Below are positions 27,627 to 37,251 of a stretch of DNA of 64,000 nt, piece by piece. Position 1 is the first letter of the stretch. Every line of letters begins with the position of its first letter. The notes under the pieces are model-generated. The model had not been told where the DNA came from and searched no databases. It was given only the letters and a program-made list of their open reading frames with translations. The stretch is from Candidatus Sericytochromatia bacterium (lineage in GTDB: Bacteria > Cyanobacteriota > Sericytochromatia > S15B-MN24 > JAQBPE01): the NCBI GenBank assembly GCA_035285125.1, contig JAYKHR010000145.1, positions 1 to 64,000 of the forward strand. The letters are read 5' to 3'. Made by a program: the position numbers and the translations under genes.

Positions 27627-29444
27627 CTAGCCCCCGAGCAGCCGGTGGCTGCGGGAGATGAAGCGCGTCAGCTCTTCACCCTTCAGGCCCTCGTGGGCGA
27701 GGCGGGCAAGGTCGTGCACGTGCTCGGCCAGATCCTGGGCCTTCGCCGGGTCCTCGGTGCCGAGCAGACGCTGCACCACCGGGCTGTTGGCGTTGAGCAC
27801 CAGGGTCTTGCGGGTGGGCAGGTCGAGGCGGTCCTTCCACATCGCAGACATGTCCGACATGCGCCGCTCCATCTCGCCCTGCGTGATGAGGCCCGAGATG
27901 TCTTCCGACTTGAGGCGCTGCACCTCGATGGCGACACCGCGCTCCTTGAGCAGGCGCTCGGCGGCCTCCTTGATCTTCTCGTCCTGGGTCTTGCCGTCCG
28001 CGTCCACGACCTGGGCCGCGCCCTTGTCCACGAGCTGGTCCGAGAGCCCCGCGTCGACGCGCTTCCACTTCACCTCGCGGCGCTTGGTCTCGAGCAGGTG
28101 GATGAAGTGCACGTCGAGCGGGCCGTGCGTGTACAGGGCCTCGAGGCCCTGCTCCTTGAAGAGCGTGACGTAGGTGGTCTGGGCCTCCCCCGCCTCGGCA
28201 TAGTAGACGGTGTTCTCCGCCTGCTCCTTGTTGCGCGCGAGGTACTCCTCGACGGTGGTAAAGCCGCCCTGGGTCGACTCGAAGAGCACGGCCTCGCTGG
28301 CGGCCTCGTGGAACTTCTCGTCCTCGAGCATGCCGAACTTCACGAAGGGGTGGATGTCGTTCCAGTAGCCCTCGTACTGCTCCCGCTGGGAGCGATACAG
28401 CTGAACGAGGCGGTCTGCGACCTTCTTGGTGATGTGGCCGGCGATCTTCTTGACGTAGGGATCGTTCTGCAGCATCGACCGGCTCACGTTGAGCGGGATG
28501 TCCGGGCAGTCGATCATCCCCTTGAGCACCATCAGGAACCGGGGGATGACGTCCTGGACGTTCTCCGTCACGAAGACGTTGTTGCAGTAGAGCTGCACCT
28601 GGCCCTTGGCGCCGTCGAACTCGTGCTTGAAGCGCGGGAAGAACAGCACGCCCTGCAGGCGGAAGGGGTAGTCGACGTTCAGGTGGATCCAGAACAGGGG
28701 CTCCTCCTCGAACGGGTAGGCGGCCCGGTAGAACGCCAGGTAGTCCTCGTCCTTCAGGCTCGCGGGCGCCTGGGTCCAGATCGGCGCGCTGCCGTTGATG
28801 TGGGCGCCGTCCAGGAGGATGGAGACGGGCAGGTACTTCGCGTACTTCTCCAGCACGTGGCGGACGCGCACCGCGTCCAGGAACTCGGTGCTCTCCGCGT
28901 TCAGGTGCAGCACGATGGCCGTGCCACGCTCGGCCCTGTCATGGGCGCCGAGCGTGAACTCCAGGCCGCCCTCGCTCACCCAGTGGCAGGCCTCGGCGTC
29001 GGCCTTGTAGCTGCGGGTGAAGATCTCGACCTTGTCGGCGACCATGAAGGCGGAGTAGAAGCCGAGGCCGAAGTGGCCGATGATCGCGTTCTGCTCGGCG
29101 TTGACCTCGTAGCGCTTGACGAAGTCCTGGGCGCCGGAGAAGGCCACGGTGTTGATGTACTGCCGCACCTCGTCGGCCGTCATGCCGATGCCGTTGTCGG
29201 AGATCGTGAGGGTCTTGGCGTCCTTGTCGAGCGTCACCTCGACGCGGAACTCGCCGAGCTCCCCGAGCCCCTCGACCAGGGCGACGTGCTTCAGCTTCGA
29301 CACGGCGTCGACCGCGTTGCTGACCAGCTCGCGCAGGAAGATCTCGTGGTCGGAGTAGAGCCACTTCTTGATGATGGGGAGGAGGTTCTCGGCGTGGATC
29401 GAAAGCTGGCCACGCTCGGCCGTGGCGGCGGTGTCGACGGACAT
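27627..29444 (-). CDS. htpG: Molecular chaperone HtpG (Hsp90)
   Basis: LYSDHEIFLRELVSNAVDA, DNGIGMT, IIGHFGLGFYSAFMVA, DIPLNVSRSMLQ. Confidence 0.97.
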   Translation of the reverse strand: MSVDTAATAERGQLSIHAENLLPIIKKWLYSDHEIFLRELVSNAVDAVSKLKHVALVEGLGELGEFRVEVTLDKDAKTLTISDNGIGMTADEVRQYINTVAFSGAQDFVKRYEVNAEQNAIIGHFGLGFYSAFMVADKVEIFTRSYKADAEACHWVSEGGLEFTLGAHDRAERGTAIVLHLNAESTEFLDAVRVRHVLEKYAKYLPVSILLDGAHINGSAPIWTQAPASLKDEDYLAFYRAAYPFEEEPLFWIHLNVDYPFRLQGVLFFPRFKHEFDGAKGQVQLYCNNVFVTENVQDVIPRFLMVLKGMIDCPDIPLNVSRSMLQNDPYVKKIAGHITKKVADRLVQLYRSQREQYEGYWNDIHPFVKFGMLEDEKFHEAASEAVLFESTQGGFTTVEEYLARNKEQAENTVYYAEAGEAQTTYVTLFKEQGLEALYTHGPLDVHFIHLLETKRREVKWKRVDAGLSDQLVDKGAAQVVDADGKTQDEKIKEAAERLLKERGVAIEVQRLKSEDISGLITQGEMERRMSDMSAMWKDRLDLPTRKTLVLNANSPVVQRLLGTEDPAKAQDLAEHVHDLARLAHEGLKGEELTRFISRSHRLLGG

Positions 29445-29518
29445 GGGACGCAGGGGCTCCGGGGTCGGGCAGGCGCGAGGCGCCGGCCAGGCGGGTCTCA
29501 ACGCCATGGTTCATATCG

Positions 29519-29541
29519 ACTTGACAATGGTTTTGTCAAGT
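29519..29541. promoter_or_regulatory. Perfect AT-rich inverted repeat (HAIR-like operator) upstream of htpG
   Basis: ACTTGACAA-TGGTT-TTGTCAAGT; each arm carries TTGACA. Confidence 0.7.
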
Positions 29542-29631
29542 ATCATCCTCGCGGCGCGATAAAGGGCCGGGCTCAGGGCCCGGCTGCCGCCACCGGACCG
29601 GTCGAGCGGCCGGCTTCCGGGTAAAACCCTC

Positions 29632-32600
29632 ATGATGGAAGACCTGCCACGGCCCTTCACGGCGCGCTACCGCCTCCTGAACGCCCTCGGGGAGGGGGCA
29701 ATGGGGATGGTCTACCGCGCGTCGGACCTGCTGCGGGAGCGCAAGGAGTGCGCCCTCAAGGTGCTCAAGCCGGCGGGCGACGGCGCGGACGCGGCCCGCC
29801 GGCGCTTCCGCGCCGAGTTCCACGCGATGGCGTGGCTCAACCACCCCAACACGGTGCACGTCTACGAGTACGGCGAGCTGCCCGACGGCACCGTGTTCAT
29901 CGTGATGGAGATGGTGCCGGGGCAGTCGCTCTCGGACGTCATCGGCGATCGGCCCGTGCCGCTCGCGACCTTCTACCCCCTGCTGATCCAGCTGCTGCAG
30001 GCCCTCGACTACATCCATGCCCGCCGCTACCTGCACCGAGACATCAAGGCCGAGAACATCCGCGTGCGCCCGGACGGCCTGCTGAAGCTGATGGACTTCG
30101 GGCTGATGGGCCGGATCGGCCAGGTGCCGCTCGAGGGGCTGTGCGGCACGCTCCACTACATGGCCCCGGAGCTGCTGCGCGACGGCGGCTGGACACCCGC
30201 CACGGACCTGTACGCGGTGGGCTGCCTGGCCTACGAGATGCTCACGGGCCGGCTCCCCTTCCTGGGCGAGGCCTCCGCCGTGGCGCGGGGCCACCTTGAG
30301 GCGGAGCCGACCTCGCTGCGAACCCTCCGGCCCGACGCGGCCGTCGGGCTGATCAAGCTGGTAGAGCGCCTGCTGGCCAAGGACCCGGCCCGGCGCCCCC
30401 ACACGGCCGGTGATGCCCTCAACGACCTCGCCGCCATCACGGGCATCGCCCTCACGCGCGAGACGCGTGACCAGCAGCTGAGCTTCCTGGAGACCAGCGG
30501 GCTGGTGGGCCGGGAGGCCGAGCTCGAGCAGCTCGACGGCGTGCTCCGGCAGGCCCTGCACGGCACCGGCACGACGGTGATGCTGGGAGCCCCCTCGGGG
30601 CTTGGCAAGTCCCGCCTGCTGCAGGAGCTCGAGGTGCGCGCGCAACTGCAGGGCTTCGTCGTGCTGCGCGGGCGCTGCCTCGGCGAGGAGCAGGCGCCCT
30701 GGGAGCCGATCCGTACGGCCCTGCGGGGGGCCCTCGCGCACGGCTCGCAAGAGGTCCGGGATCGCCACCAGCCCGCCATCCGGGCACTCTACCCCGAGCT
30801 GGCGGGCTCTGGCGTCACGGTGCTCACGCCGGTGCAGACCGACGACCTGGTCGCCTGGCTGGAGGAGCTTTCCGGCACCCACCCCCTGCTGCTCGTGCTT
30901 GACGACATTCAGCTGGCCGACCCGCAGACCCTCGGCATGTTCAACGCGGCCGCGCGCCGCCTGCGGGGCCTGAACGTGCTGTGTGTCGCGACCTTCCCCG
31001 ACGACGAGACGCCGGCGGGCAGCCCCGTGTGGCAGCTGCTGGAGGAGGGCGTCGCGACGCCCATGCGCCTGACGCCCCTGGACCGCAACGGCCAGGCAGC
31101 GCTCGTGGCGGCGATGCTGCCTGGCACCCGCGTGCCGGAGGCCTTCACCGACGCCCTGTACCGGGCGACGGGCGGCAACCCGCTGTTCACCAAGGAGGCC
31201 CTCAAATCGCTGGTCGAGGATGGCCACCTCACGCGCCAGGGTGGGGCCTGGCGCTTCCCGGCCGACCTGGTGGTGCTTGGCGATCTGGAGCGCGTCGAGG
31301 AGACCATCCGACGGCGCCTGGGGCACCTGGGTCCCGAGGCCCTGCAGCTGCTCCAGGCCGCAGCCGTGCTCGGCCACCAGTGGACGCTGCCCACCCTGGC
31401 CTTCGTGGCCGAGGCGGACGAGGATCAGCTCTTCGCCGGGCTCGTGGACCTCACGGCGCGGCAGCTCCTCGCGCTGGACATGGCCGGCCACTACGGGTTC
31501 TTGCACGACCGGGTGCGGGAGGTCGCCTATGCCGACATCCCCCCGGCGCTGCGCAAGGAGATGCACATGCGGGCCGCGGAGCGGCTCGAGCTCGAGCACG
31601 CGACGACGCCGATGCTGGCTGCCGGCGAGCTCGCCCGTCACCACTTGCGCAGCGACGAGCCTGCCAACGCCTACCCCTGGCTGCTGCTGGCCGGCGAGCA
31701 GGCCGAGCAGGCGGGCACGACGTACGTCGCGCTGGAGCACCTCCGCGACGCCGAGTCTGCCCTGGCCGACCTGCGGGGAGACCGCACCGCGGAGCGCCTG
31801 GCGCTCTGGCTGCGGATTGGGACCCTGGCCGTGGACCTCTCCCCTGGCGTCGCCGCCGAGATGCTGGATCGGGCGGCGGGCGCCCTGGAGGCCGAGCCGG
31901 GCCGCGCGCTGCCGCTTCTGCGCAAGCAGGGCCTGGAGGAGCAGGACCTGCTGGCGCTGCACGCGCGCGCGCTGGGCACCCTGGGCGAGTCCCGAGAGGC
32001 CCTGCGGCTCGCCGAGCGCATGGCGAGCCCCCAGCCAGAGGGCCTGCAGGCCGACCGTCCGCTGGTGGACCTGGCGCGCTTCGGGCCCTTGCTGGTCTCG
32101 GGCCGCATCCCGGAGCTGGTGGAGACGGCGCGTCGCACGGCCAGGCTGGTGGGGGGGCGGCTCCCGCCGTACTCGTCGCCCATGCTGGCGACAGCCTGGC
32201 GAGAGGCGCTCTTGATGCAGAACGCGGTGGCCTTCCAGGGGGAGCGGCCGAGCCCGGTGCTGCGCGAGCAGGCGCTGGCGCTGGCCCAGGAGGCCGGTGA
32301 CGAGGACGCCCTGGCGCCGTGGACCAGCCTGGGGCTCTGGGCGGCCTGGTCCGGCCACCCTGAGGAGGCCGAGGCCGTCATCGAGCGCACCATGCGCAAG
32401 ACCCGGCGGATCGGGGCCCCGCCGAGCGTGTGGGTGCTGTACCTCCGGCCCTACATGCGCTGGCAGCAAGGCGAGCTGCGCCCGGCCCTCGAGCAGCTGG
32501 AACGGAGCCTGATCGCCCACCCTCAGTGGCGTGAGCACGCCGTCCCCTTCAGCCTGGGGCTGGCGCTCCGGGGGCAGCTGCTCGCTGACCTCGGACGCAT

Positions 32601-33150
32601 CGGCGAGGCCCAGCAGGCGCTGGTCGAGATGGTGGAGCAGGCCCGCAGCCGGGATCACGGGCTGGCGATCATGCACGGGCTTTGCACGCTCGGCCATGCG
32701 CTCATCGGGGGGGGGCGCCTCACCGAGGCGGGCTTCGTCTTCCTGACGGCCCGGGAGATGGCCACGGGAGAGACCTACCGCAACCCCATGATCGAAGCCC
32801 TGACGGCGCTGGGGCTGGGACGCTGCGCCTGCGTGCTCGGAGACCCGCGCGGCGTCGCCCTGCTGGATGAGGCCCTCACCATCGCCTGCCGCCCCGAGCT
32901 CGACAACCGCTTCGTGCAGGCCCACGCCCAGAGGGAGCGCGGCAAGGCCCTCGCAGCGCTCGGCGAGCAGCCCCGCGCGATGCTGGCCTATACCGAGGCC
33001 GGGCGACTGTTTCACGGGATGCGCAACGGCCACTGGCTGCACATCGTGAACGTCGAACTCGCCGCGCTGCGGCAGGCCCCGGCCGCCGGCTCGGCGGCGG
33101 GCGACACCACATTGGAAGCCCGCTACGAGCGCTTCAAGCGCCTGATCTGA
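29632..33150 (+). CDS. Ser/Thr protein kinase - STAND/AAA ATPase - TPR protein (paralog 1)
   Basis: GEGAMG, ALK, HRDIKAEN, DFG, APE; Walker A GAPSGLGKS; LVLDDIQLAD; TGGNPLF; FLHDRVRE; helical C-terminus. Confidence 0.92.
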   Translation: MMEDLPRPFTARYRLLNALGEGAMGMVYRASDLLRERKECALKVLKPAGDGADAARRRFRAEFHAMAWLNHPNTVHVYEYGELPDGTVFIVMEMVPGQSLSDVIGDRPVPLATFYPLLIQLLQALDYIHARRYLHRDIKAENIRVRPDGLLKLMDFGLMGRIGQVPLEGLCGTLHYMAPELLRDGGWTPATDLYAVGCLAYEMLTGRLPFLGEASAVARGHLEAEPTSLRTLRPDAAVGLIKLVERLLAKDPARRPHTAGDALNDLAAITGIALTRETRDQQLSFLETSGLVGREAELEQLDGVLRQALHGTGTTVMLGAPSGLGKSRLLQELEVRAQLQGFVVLRGRCLGEEQAPWEPIRTALRGALAHGSQEVRDRHQPAIRALYPELAGSGVTVLTPVQTDDLVAWLEELSGTHPLLLVLDDIQLADPQTLGMFNAAARRLRGLNVLCVATFPDDETPAGSPVWQLLEEGVATPMRLTPLDRNGQAALVAAMLPGTRVPEAFTDALYRATGGNPLFTKEALKSLVEDGHLTRQGGAWRFPADLVVLGDLERVEETIRRRLGHLGPEALQLLQAAAVLGHQWTLPTLAFVAEADEDQLFAGLVDLTARQLLALDMAGHYGFLHDRVREVAYADIPPALRKEMHMRAAERLELEHATTPMLAAGELARHHLRSDEPANAYPWLLLAGEQAEQAGTTYVALEHLRDAESALADLRGDRTAERLALWLRIGTLAVDLSPGVAAEMLDRAAGALEAEPGRALPLLRKQGLEEQDLLALHARALGTLGESREALRLAERMASPQPEGLQADRPLVDLARFGPLLVSGRIPELVETARRTARLVGGRLPPYSSPMLATAWREALLMQNAVAFQGERPSPVLREQALALAQEAGDEDALAPWTSLGLWAAWSGHPEEAEAVIERTMRKTRRIGAPPSVWVLYLRPYMRWQQGELRPALEQLERSLIAHPQWREHAVPFSLGLALRGQLLADLGRIGEAQQALVEMVEQARSRDHGLAIMHGLCTLGHALIGGGRLTEAGFVFLTAREMATGETYRNPMIEALTALGLGRCACVLGDPRGVALLDEALTIACRPELDNRFVQAHAQRERGKALAALGEQPRAMLAYTEAGRLFHGMRNGHWLHIVNVELAALRQAPAAGSAAGDTTLEARYERFKRLI

Positions 33151-33171
33151 CGGCGGGGTATACGGTCCTAG

Positions 33172-33627
33172 ATGGCCCTGACCCTTGCCCCTCGTCCGAA
33201 CCCGGCCACCTGGCTGTGGCTGCTCTCCGCCCTGTTCCTGGCACGCGTGCTAGGGCAGATGGCGGTGGCCTTCGCGGGCGTGACATGGCTGCCTCCGATG
33301 CCCGAGTGGTACTCCGGGCTGCTGCCCTACCCGGTGCTGCTGCCGACCCAGTGGCTCATCTTGAGCCTGATGCTCCACCTCAACCGCCAGGCCACCCGCC
33401 AGCAGGGCTGGGCCACGGTGCTGCGGCCGCGGCTCGGCCGGGGCCTGCTGGCCTTCGCGGCCCTTTACGCGGGCGGGATGGTGGTGCGCTACGTCGTGAG
33501 CGGCGAGCTGCACCCTGAGCGCCGCTGGTGGCCCCCGGGCAGCATCCCGATCGTGTTCCACCTGGTGCTCGCCCGCTACCTCGCCGTCGTCGCCAGCGTC
33601 TGCCGGCAACCGCTGGAGGCGCGATGA
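33172..33627 (+). CDS. Small 4-TM membrane protein of unknown function
   Basis: LPPMPEWYSGLLPYPVLLPTQ, GSIPIVFHLVLA; ATGA-coupled to next gene. Confidence 0.8.
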   Translation: MALTLAPRPNPATWLWLLSALFLARVLGQMAVAFAGVTWLPPMPEWYSGLLPYPVLLPTQWLILSLMLHLNRQATRQQGWATVLRPRLGRGLLAFAALYAGGMVVRYVVSGELHPERRWWPPGSIPIVFHLVLARYLAVVASVCRQPLEAR

Positions 33628-35399
33628 GGTCGGCCGCATTGCTGCTCGCCGGCCTGACGCTGGCGGACGTCGTGAGCTGGCTGCCCGCGGACCTCACGCT
33701 GGCGCTCGTGCAGGGCCCCCTGGGCGTGCGCCCCCCCGCGCACGCCATCACGACCGAGGAGGTCGTCGACATCCCGATGCGCGACAGCGTCAAGCTCGCA
33801 GCCACGGTCAGCCACCCTGCCGCGCCCGGGCCTCACCCGACGCTGATGGTGCGCCTGCCCCTGTCGCAGACCAGGCTGCACCGGGCCTTTTCGGAGCTGC
33901 TGCGGACCTTCTGGGGCACGCGTGGCTACCACGTGGTGATCGCCCCCGTGCGGGGCCGACCGCCCTCTGGCGGGCGCTTCTCACCCCTCGAGCCGGAGCG
34001 CGAGGACGGCCTCGACACGCTGGCCTGGCTGGCGCGGCAGCCCTGGTACGACGGGCACCTCGGGATGTGGGGGGGCTCCTCGTTCGGCTACACCCAGTGG
34101 GCGGTGGCCGACCAGCCGGCCCCCATCGGCCCTTCGGCCTGCTGTATCCAGCTGTGCAGCACCAGCCACCGCGAGATGTTCCACCCCGGCGGCGCCTTCT
34201 CGCTGCAGTCGGCGCTCTACTGGGCCCGGACGGATCGAGGCGACGCCGACGTGTTCCCGAGCGAGGCCGAGCTCGCGCCAGGGCTGGCCGCCTGGCCGGT
34301 GCTCGACGCGGACGACCGCAGCGGCGGCCCGGCGCCCCCCTTCGACGACTGGGCGGGCCGCCGCGCCCCTGACGCTTACTGGCGGCGCATCGACGGCGAC
34401 AGGCGGCCGGAGCGGGTGCAGGCCCCCGTGCTGCTGATGGCAGGCTGGCACGACCCCTACCTGCCCACCCAGCTGGCCGACTTCGAACGGCTGCAACTCG
34501 AGGCCCCGGGCGACGTGGCCGCCGAGAGCCGCCTGATCGTGGGGCCCTGGACGCACGCCCGCGAGGTCACGCTGCCGGGCGGCCATCAGCCGGGCGACTA
34601 CAGGCTCGCGATGCTGGCCCAGAGCCTGCCGTTCTACGACCGCCTACTGCGGCCGGCCGGCGTGCCCGTGCCGGAGCCGGGCCCGCGGGTGTGGCTGTAC
34701 GTGATGGGGGAGAACCGCTGGCGCGCGGAGGAGGCGTGGCCACTGGCCCGGGCCCGCCGCACGCCGCTATACCTCCACGCGGAGAGGCCCGCCAACACCG
34801 CTGACGGCGCTGGCCGGCTCGCCTGGGAGATGCCCGGGGACCAGCCGCCCGACACCTTCGCCTACGACCCCCGCGACCCCGTCCCGAGCCGGGGGGGGGC
34901 CATGCTGGGGCTGCCCGGCGTGAACGGGGTGCAGCGGCAAAACGACGTCGAACAACGGCGAGACGTGCTGGTCTACACCACCGAGGCGCTGCCGCGGCCG
35001 CTCGAGGTGACGGGCCCCGTGGAGGCCGACATGTGGGTGGAGACCACGGCGCCTGCCACCGACTTCACGGCCAAGCTGGTCGACGTGCTGCCGAACGGCG
35101 ATGCCTTCAACGTGTCGGAGGGCATCCTACGGCGCAGCTACGCGGGGCAGCGCGGCCCCACGCGCATCACGGTCCAGCTCTGGCCGACCAGCTACGTCTT
35201 TCAGCCCGGTCACCGCCTGCGCCTCGAGGTCAGCAGCAGCAGCTTCCCGCGGTTCGATCGCCACCCCAACACGGCCGAGCCCGTCGAGACCGCCACCGCC
35301 GTGGCGATCGCGACCCAGCGCGTGCACCACTCGGCCCGCTGGCTCTCGGCGCTGTGGCTGCCCGTCATCCCCCCCACCAGCGAAGGAGAGAGCCCATGA
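33624..35399 (+). CDS. CocE/NonD-family serine hydrolase
   Basis: IPMRDSVKL, DGLDTLAWLARQPW, GMWGGSSFG, AGWHD, GPWTH, YDPRDPVPS, SSSFPRFDRHPN. Confidence 0.92.
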   Translation: MRSAALLLAGLTLADVVSWLPADLTLALVQGPLGVRPPAHAITTEEVVDIPMRDSVKLAATVSHPAAPGPHPTLMVRLPLSQTRLHRAFSELLRTFWGTRGYHVVIAPVRGRPPSGGRFSPLEPEREDGLDTLAWLARQPWYDGHLGMWGGSSFGYTQWAVADQPAPIGPSACCIQLCSTSHREMFHPGGAFSLQSALYWARTDRGDADVFPSEAELAPGLAAWPVLDADDRSGGPAPPFDDWAGRRAPDAYWRRIDGDRRPERVQAPVLLMAGWHDPYLPTQLADFERLQLEAPGDVAAESRLIVGPWTHAREVTLPGGHQPGDYRLAMLAQSLPFYDRLLRPAGVPVPEPGPRVWLYVMGENRWRAEEAWPLARARRTPLYLHAERPANTADGAGRLAWEMPGDQPPDTFAYDPRDPVPSRGGAMLGLPGVNGVQRQNDVEQRRDVLVYTTEALPRPLEVTGPVEADMWVETTAPATDFTAKLVDVLPNGDAFNVSEGILRRSYAGQRGPTRITVQLWPTSYVFQPGHRLRLEVSSSSFPRFDRHPNTAEPVETATAVAIATQRVHHSARWLSALWLPVIPPTSEGESP

Positions 35400-36106
35400 C
35401 GTTGCGCGCCGCCATCGAAGCCCGCTACGCGGCCAGCACCGCCGAGCTGGTCGCGCTCGCGGAGTTCCAGCGCCTCGAGCGCGGCGAGGTTGGCCACGAG
35501 GCCTACGACCTGTTCCTCGCCAACGTGATCCGGGCCCACCTCAAGAGCCCCAAGATCCTGGCGTTCCTGTACTCGGCCTCCGCGCCTAAGGCCAGCGCCG
35601 ACCTGCTGCACAACATGCTGGAGGAGCTCGGCGTCGAGGAGGAGGACGGCACCAGCCACCCGGAGCTGCTGCGCAGGCTCGCCCACGGCGCGGGGCTCGG
35701 CGAGGCCCTGCCGGGCCTGGAGCAGCTGGCCGACGACGACCTCAAGGCCATCGTCGTCGAGCCGCTGATGTACGGGACGCTGCGGGACGTGGCGCTCGCC
35801 GTGCTGATCGAGACGATCGCCTACGAGTGGATGCTGTCGCGCACCTCGGGGCGAATCGCCGCCTTCCTGCAGGTGCACCGGGGCCTCGATGCGGCCACGC
35901 TGGCCTGGTTCTCGCACCACTCGGAGGTGGACGTCCGGCATGCCGAGGAGGGCCTCGACGCCATCGCCCGCACCGTCGACTACTACGCGATCCCGACCGA
36001 GGACGCCGAGACCATCCTCGAGCTCACGATGCGCGAGAACGTGTTCATCAAGCGGTACTTCGGCGAGCTCACGCATGACCGCCTGGCCCTGATGGCGCGC
36101 CGATGA
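35396..36106 (+). CDS. Heme-oxygenase-like diiron enzyme (iron-containing redox enzyme, CADD/PqqC-like fold)
   Basis: NMLEELG..SHPELL, IAYEW, WFSHHSEVDVRH (E/H...E...H-x3-D-x2-H ligand set). Confidence 0.85.
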   Translation: MTLRAAIEARYAASTAELVALAEFQRLERGEVGHEAYDLFLANVIRAHLKSPKILAFLYSASAPKASADLLHNMLEELGVEEEDGTSHPELLRRLAHGAGLGEALPGLEQLADDDLKAIVVEPLMYGTLRDVALAVLIETIAYEWMLSRTSGRIAAFLQVHRGLDAATLAWFSHHSEVDVRHAEEGLDAIARTVDYYAIPTEDAETILELTMRENVFIKRYFGELTHDRLALMARR

Positions 36107-37251
36107 GCCTCGTGGGCCTCGACCTCCACCTGCTCGGCATCCCGTTCGTCGAGAGCTTCAGCCACAGCGCCTCTGACCGGGCCTTCTCGGACACCGTGCT
36201 GGTGCGGGTGACCGACGCGGAGGGCCGCACGGGGTGGGGCGAGGGCATTGCCCGGGCCTACGTCACGGGCGAGACGCCGGAGGGGCTCGTGGCCCACCTG
36301 GCCGAGCGCCTCTGGCCGCTCGTCGCCGGCCGACCGCTGCCCGAGCTGCGCGGCCCTGAGGACCTGCTGGCGCTCGAGGCCTGGCTCCCCGACCTCGAGG
36401 AGCCGGGGGTCGTGGCCGCGCACGGCGCCCGCTGTGCGCTGGAGCTGGCGGTGCTGGACCTCGTGCTCAGGCGGCAAGGGATGCCGGCCTCCCGGCTGCT
36501 GCCGCCCGCCCGGCAGACGGTGACCTACTCCGGCGTGATCACGGCAGGGGACCCGGCCCGGGCCGCCGTGCACGCGCGCCAGATGAAGCTGGTCGGGCTG
36601 CGCGAGGTGAAGGTCAAGGTCGGCGACCCGGACGACCTCGCCCGCGTCGCGGCGGTGCGACAGATCTGGGGCGAGGGCGTGGCGCTGCGCCTGGACGCCA
36701 ACGCAGCCTGGGACCTGGAGACGGCCGTCGCGCGGCTGCAGGCGATGGCCTGCTTCGGGCCCGTGGCCGTCGAGCAGCCCCTGCCGCGCGGGCGGCTCGC
36801 TGACTGGCAGGCCCTGCGGGCCCGCGTGCCCGTGCCCGTGATGGTGGACGAGTCGCTCGTGACCGTCGCGGACGCCGAGGCGCTCATCCACGCCCGGGCC
36901 ACCGACATGTTCAATGTTCGCGTCTCCAAGAACGGGGGCCTGGCCCGGGCATGGCGCATCGCGAACCTCGCGCTGCGCGCCGGCCTGCGGGTGCAGGTGG
37001 GGGCGCAGGTCGGGGAGACGGCGCTGCTCTCAGCAGCCGGGCGTCACCTCGCGGCGGCCCTGCCGGAGCTGGCCCATGCGGAGGGCTCGTTCGGCACGCT
37101 GCTGCTCACGGAGGACGTCTCGGCCAGCCCCGTGAAGTTCGGCCACCGGGGCGAGGCCCCCCTGCTGCGCGGCCACGGGCTCGGCGTGGTGGTCGCGGAG
37201 GATCGCGTCGGGAAGTACACGCGGCTGCACCGGCACGAGGCAGCCCCGTGA
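36103..37251 (+). CDS. Enolase-superfamily enzyme (MLE/dipeptide epimerase subgroup)
   Basis: TGWGEG, KVKVG, LDANAAW, VEQP, VDES, NVRVSKNGG, GAQVGE. Confidence 0.9.
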   Translation: MSLVGLDLHLLGIPFVESFSHSASDRAFSDTVLVRVTDAEGRTGWGEGIARAYVTGETPEGLVAHLAERLWPLVAGRPLPELRGPEDLLALEAWLPDLEEPGVVAAHGARCALELAVLDLVLRRQGMPASRLLPPARQTVTYSGVITAGDPARAAVHARQMKLVGLREVKVKVGDPDDLARVAAVRQIWGEGVALRLDANAAWDLETAVARLQAMACFGPVAVEQPLPRGRLADWQALRARVPVPVMVDESLVTVADAEALIHARATDMFNVRVSKNGGLARAWRIANLALRAGLRVQVGAQVGETALLSAAGRHLAAALPELAHAEGSFGTLLLTEDVSASPVKFGHRGEAPLLRGHGLGVVVAEDRVGKYTRLHRHEAAP

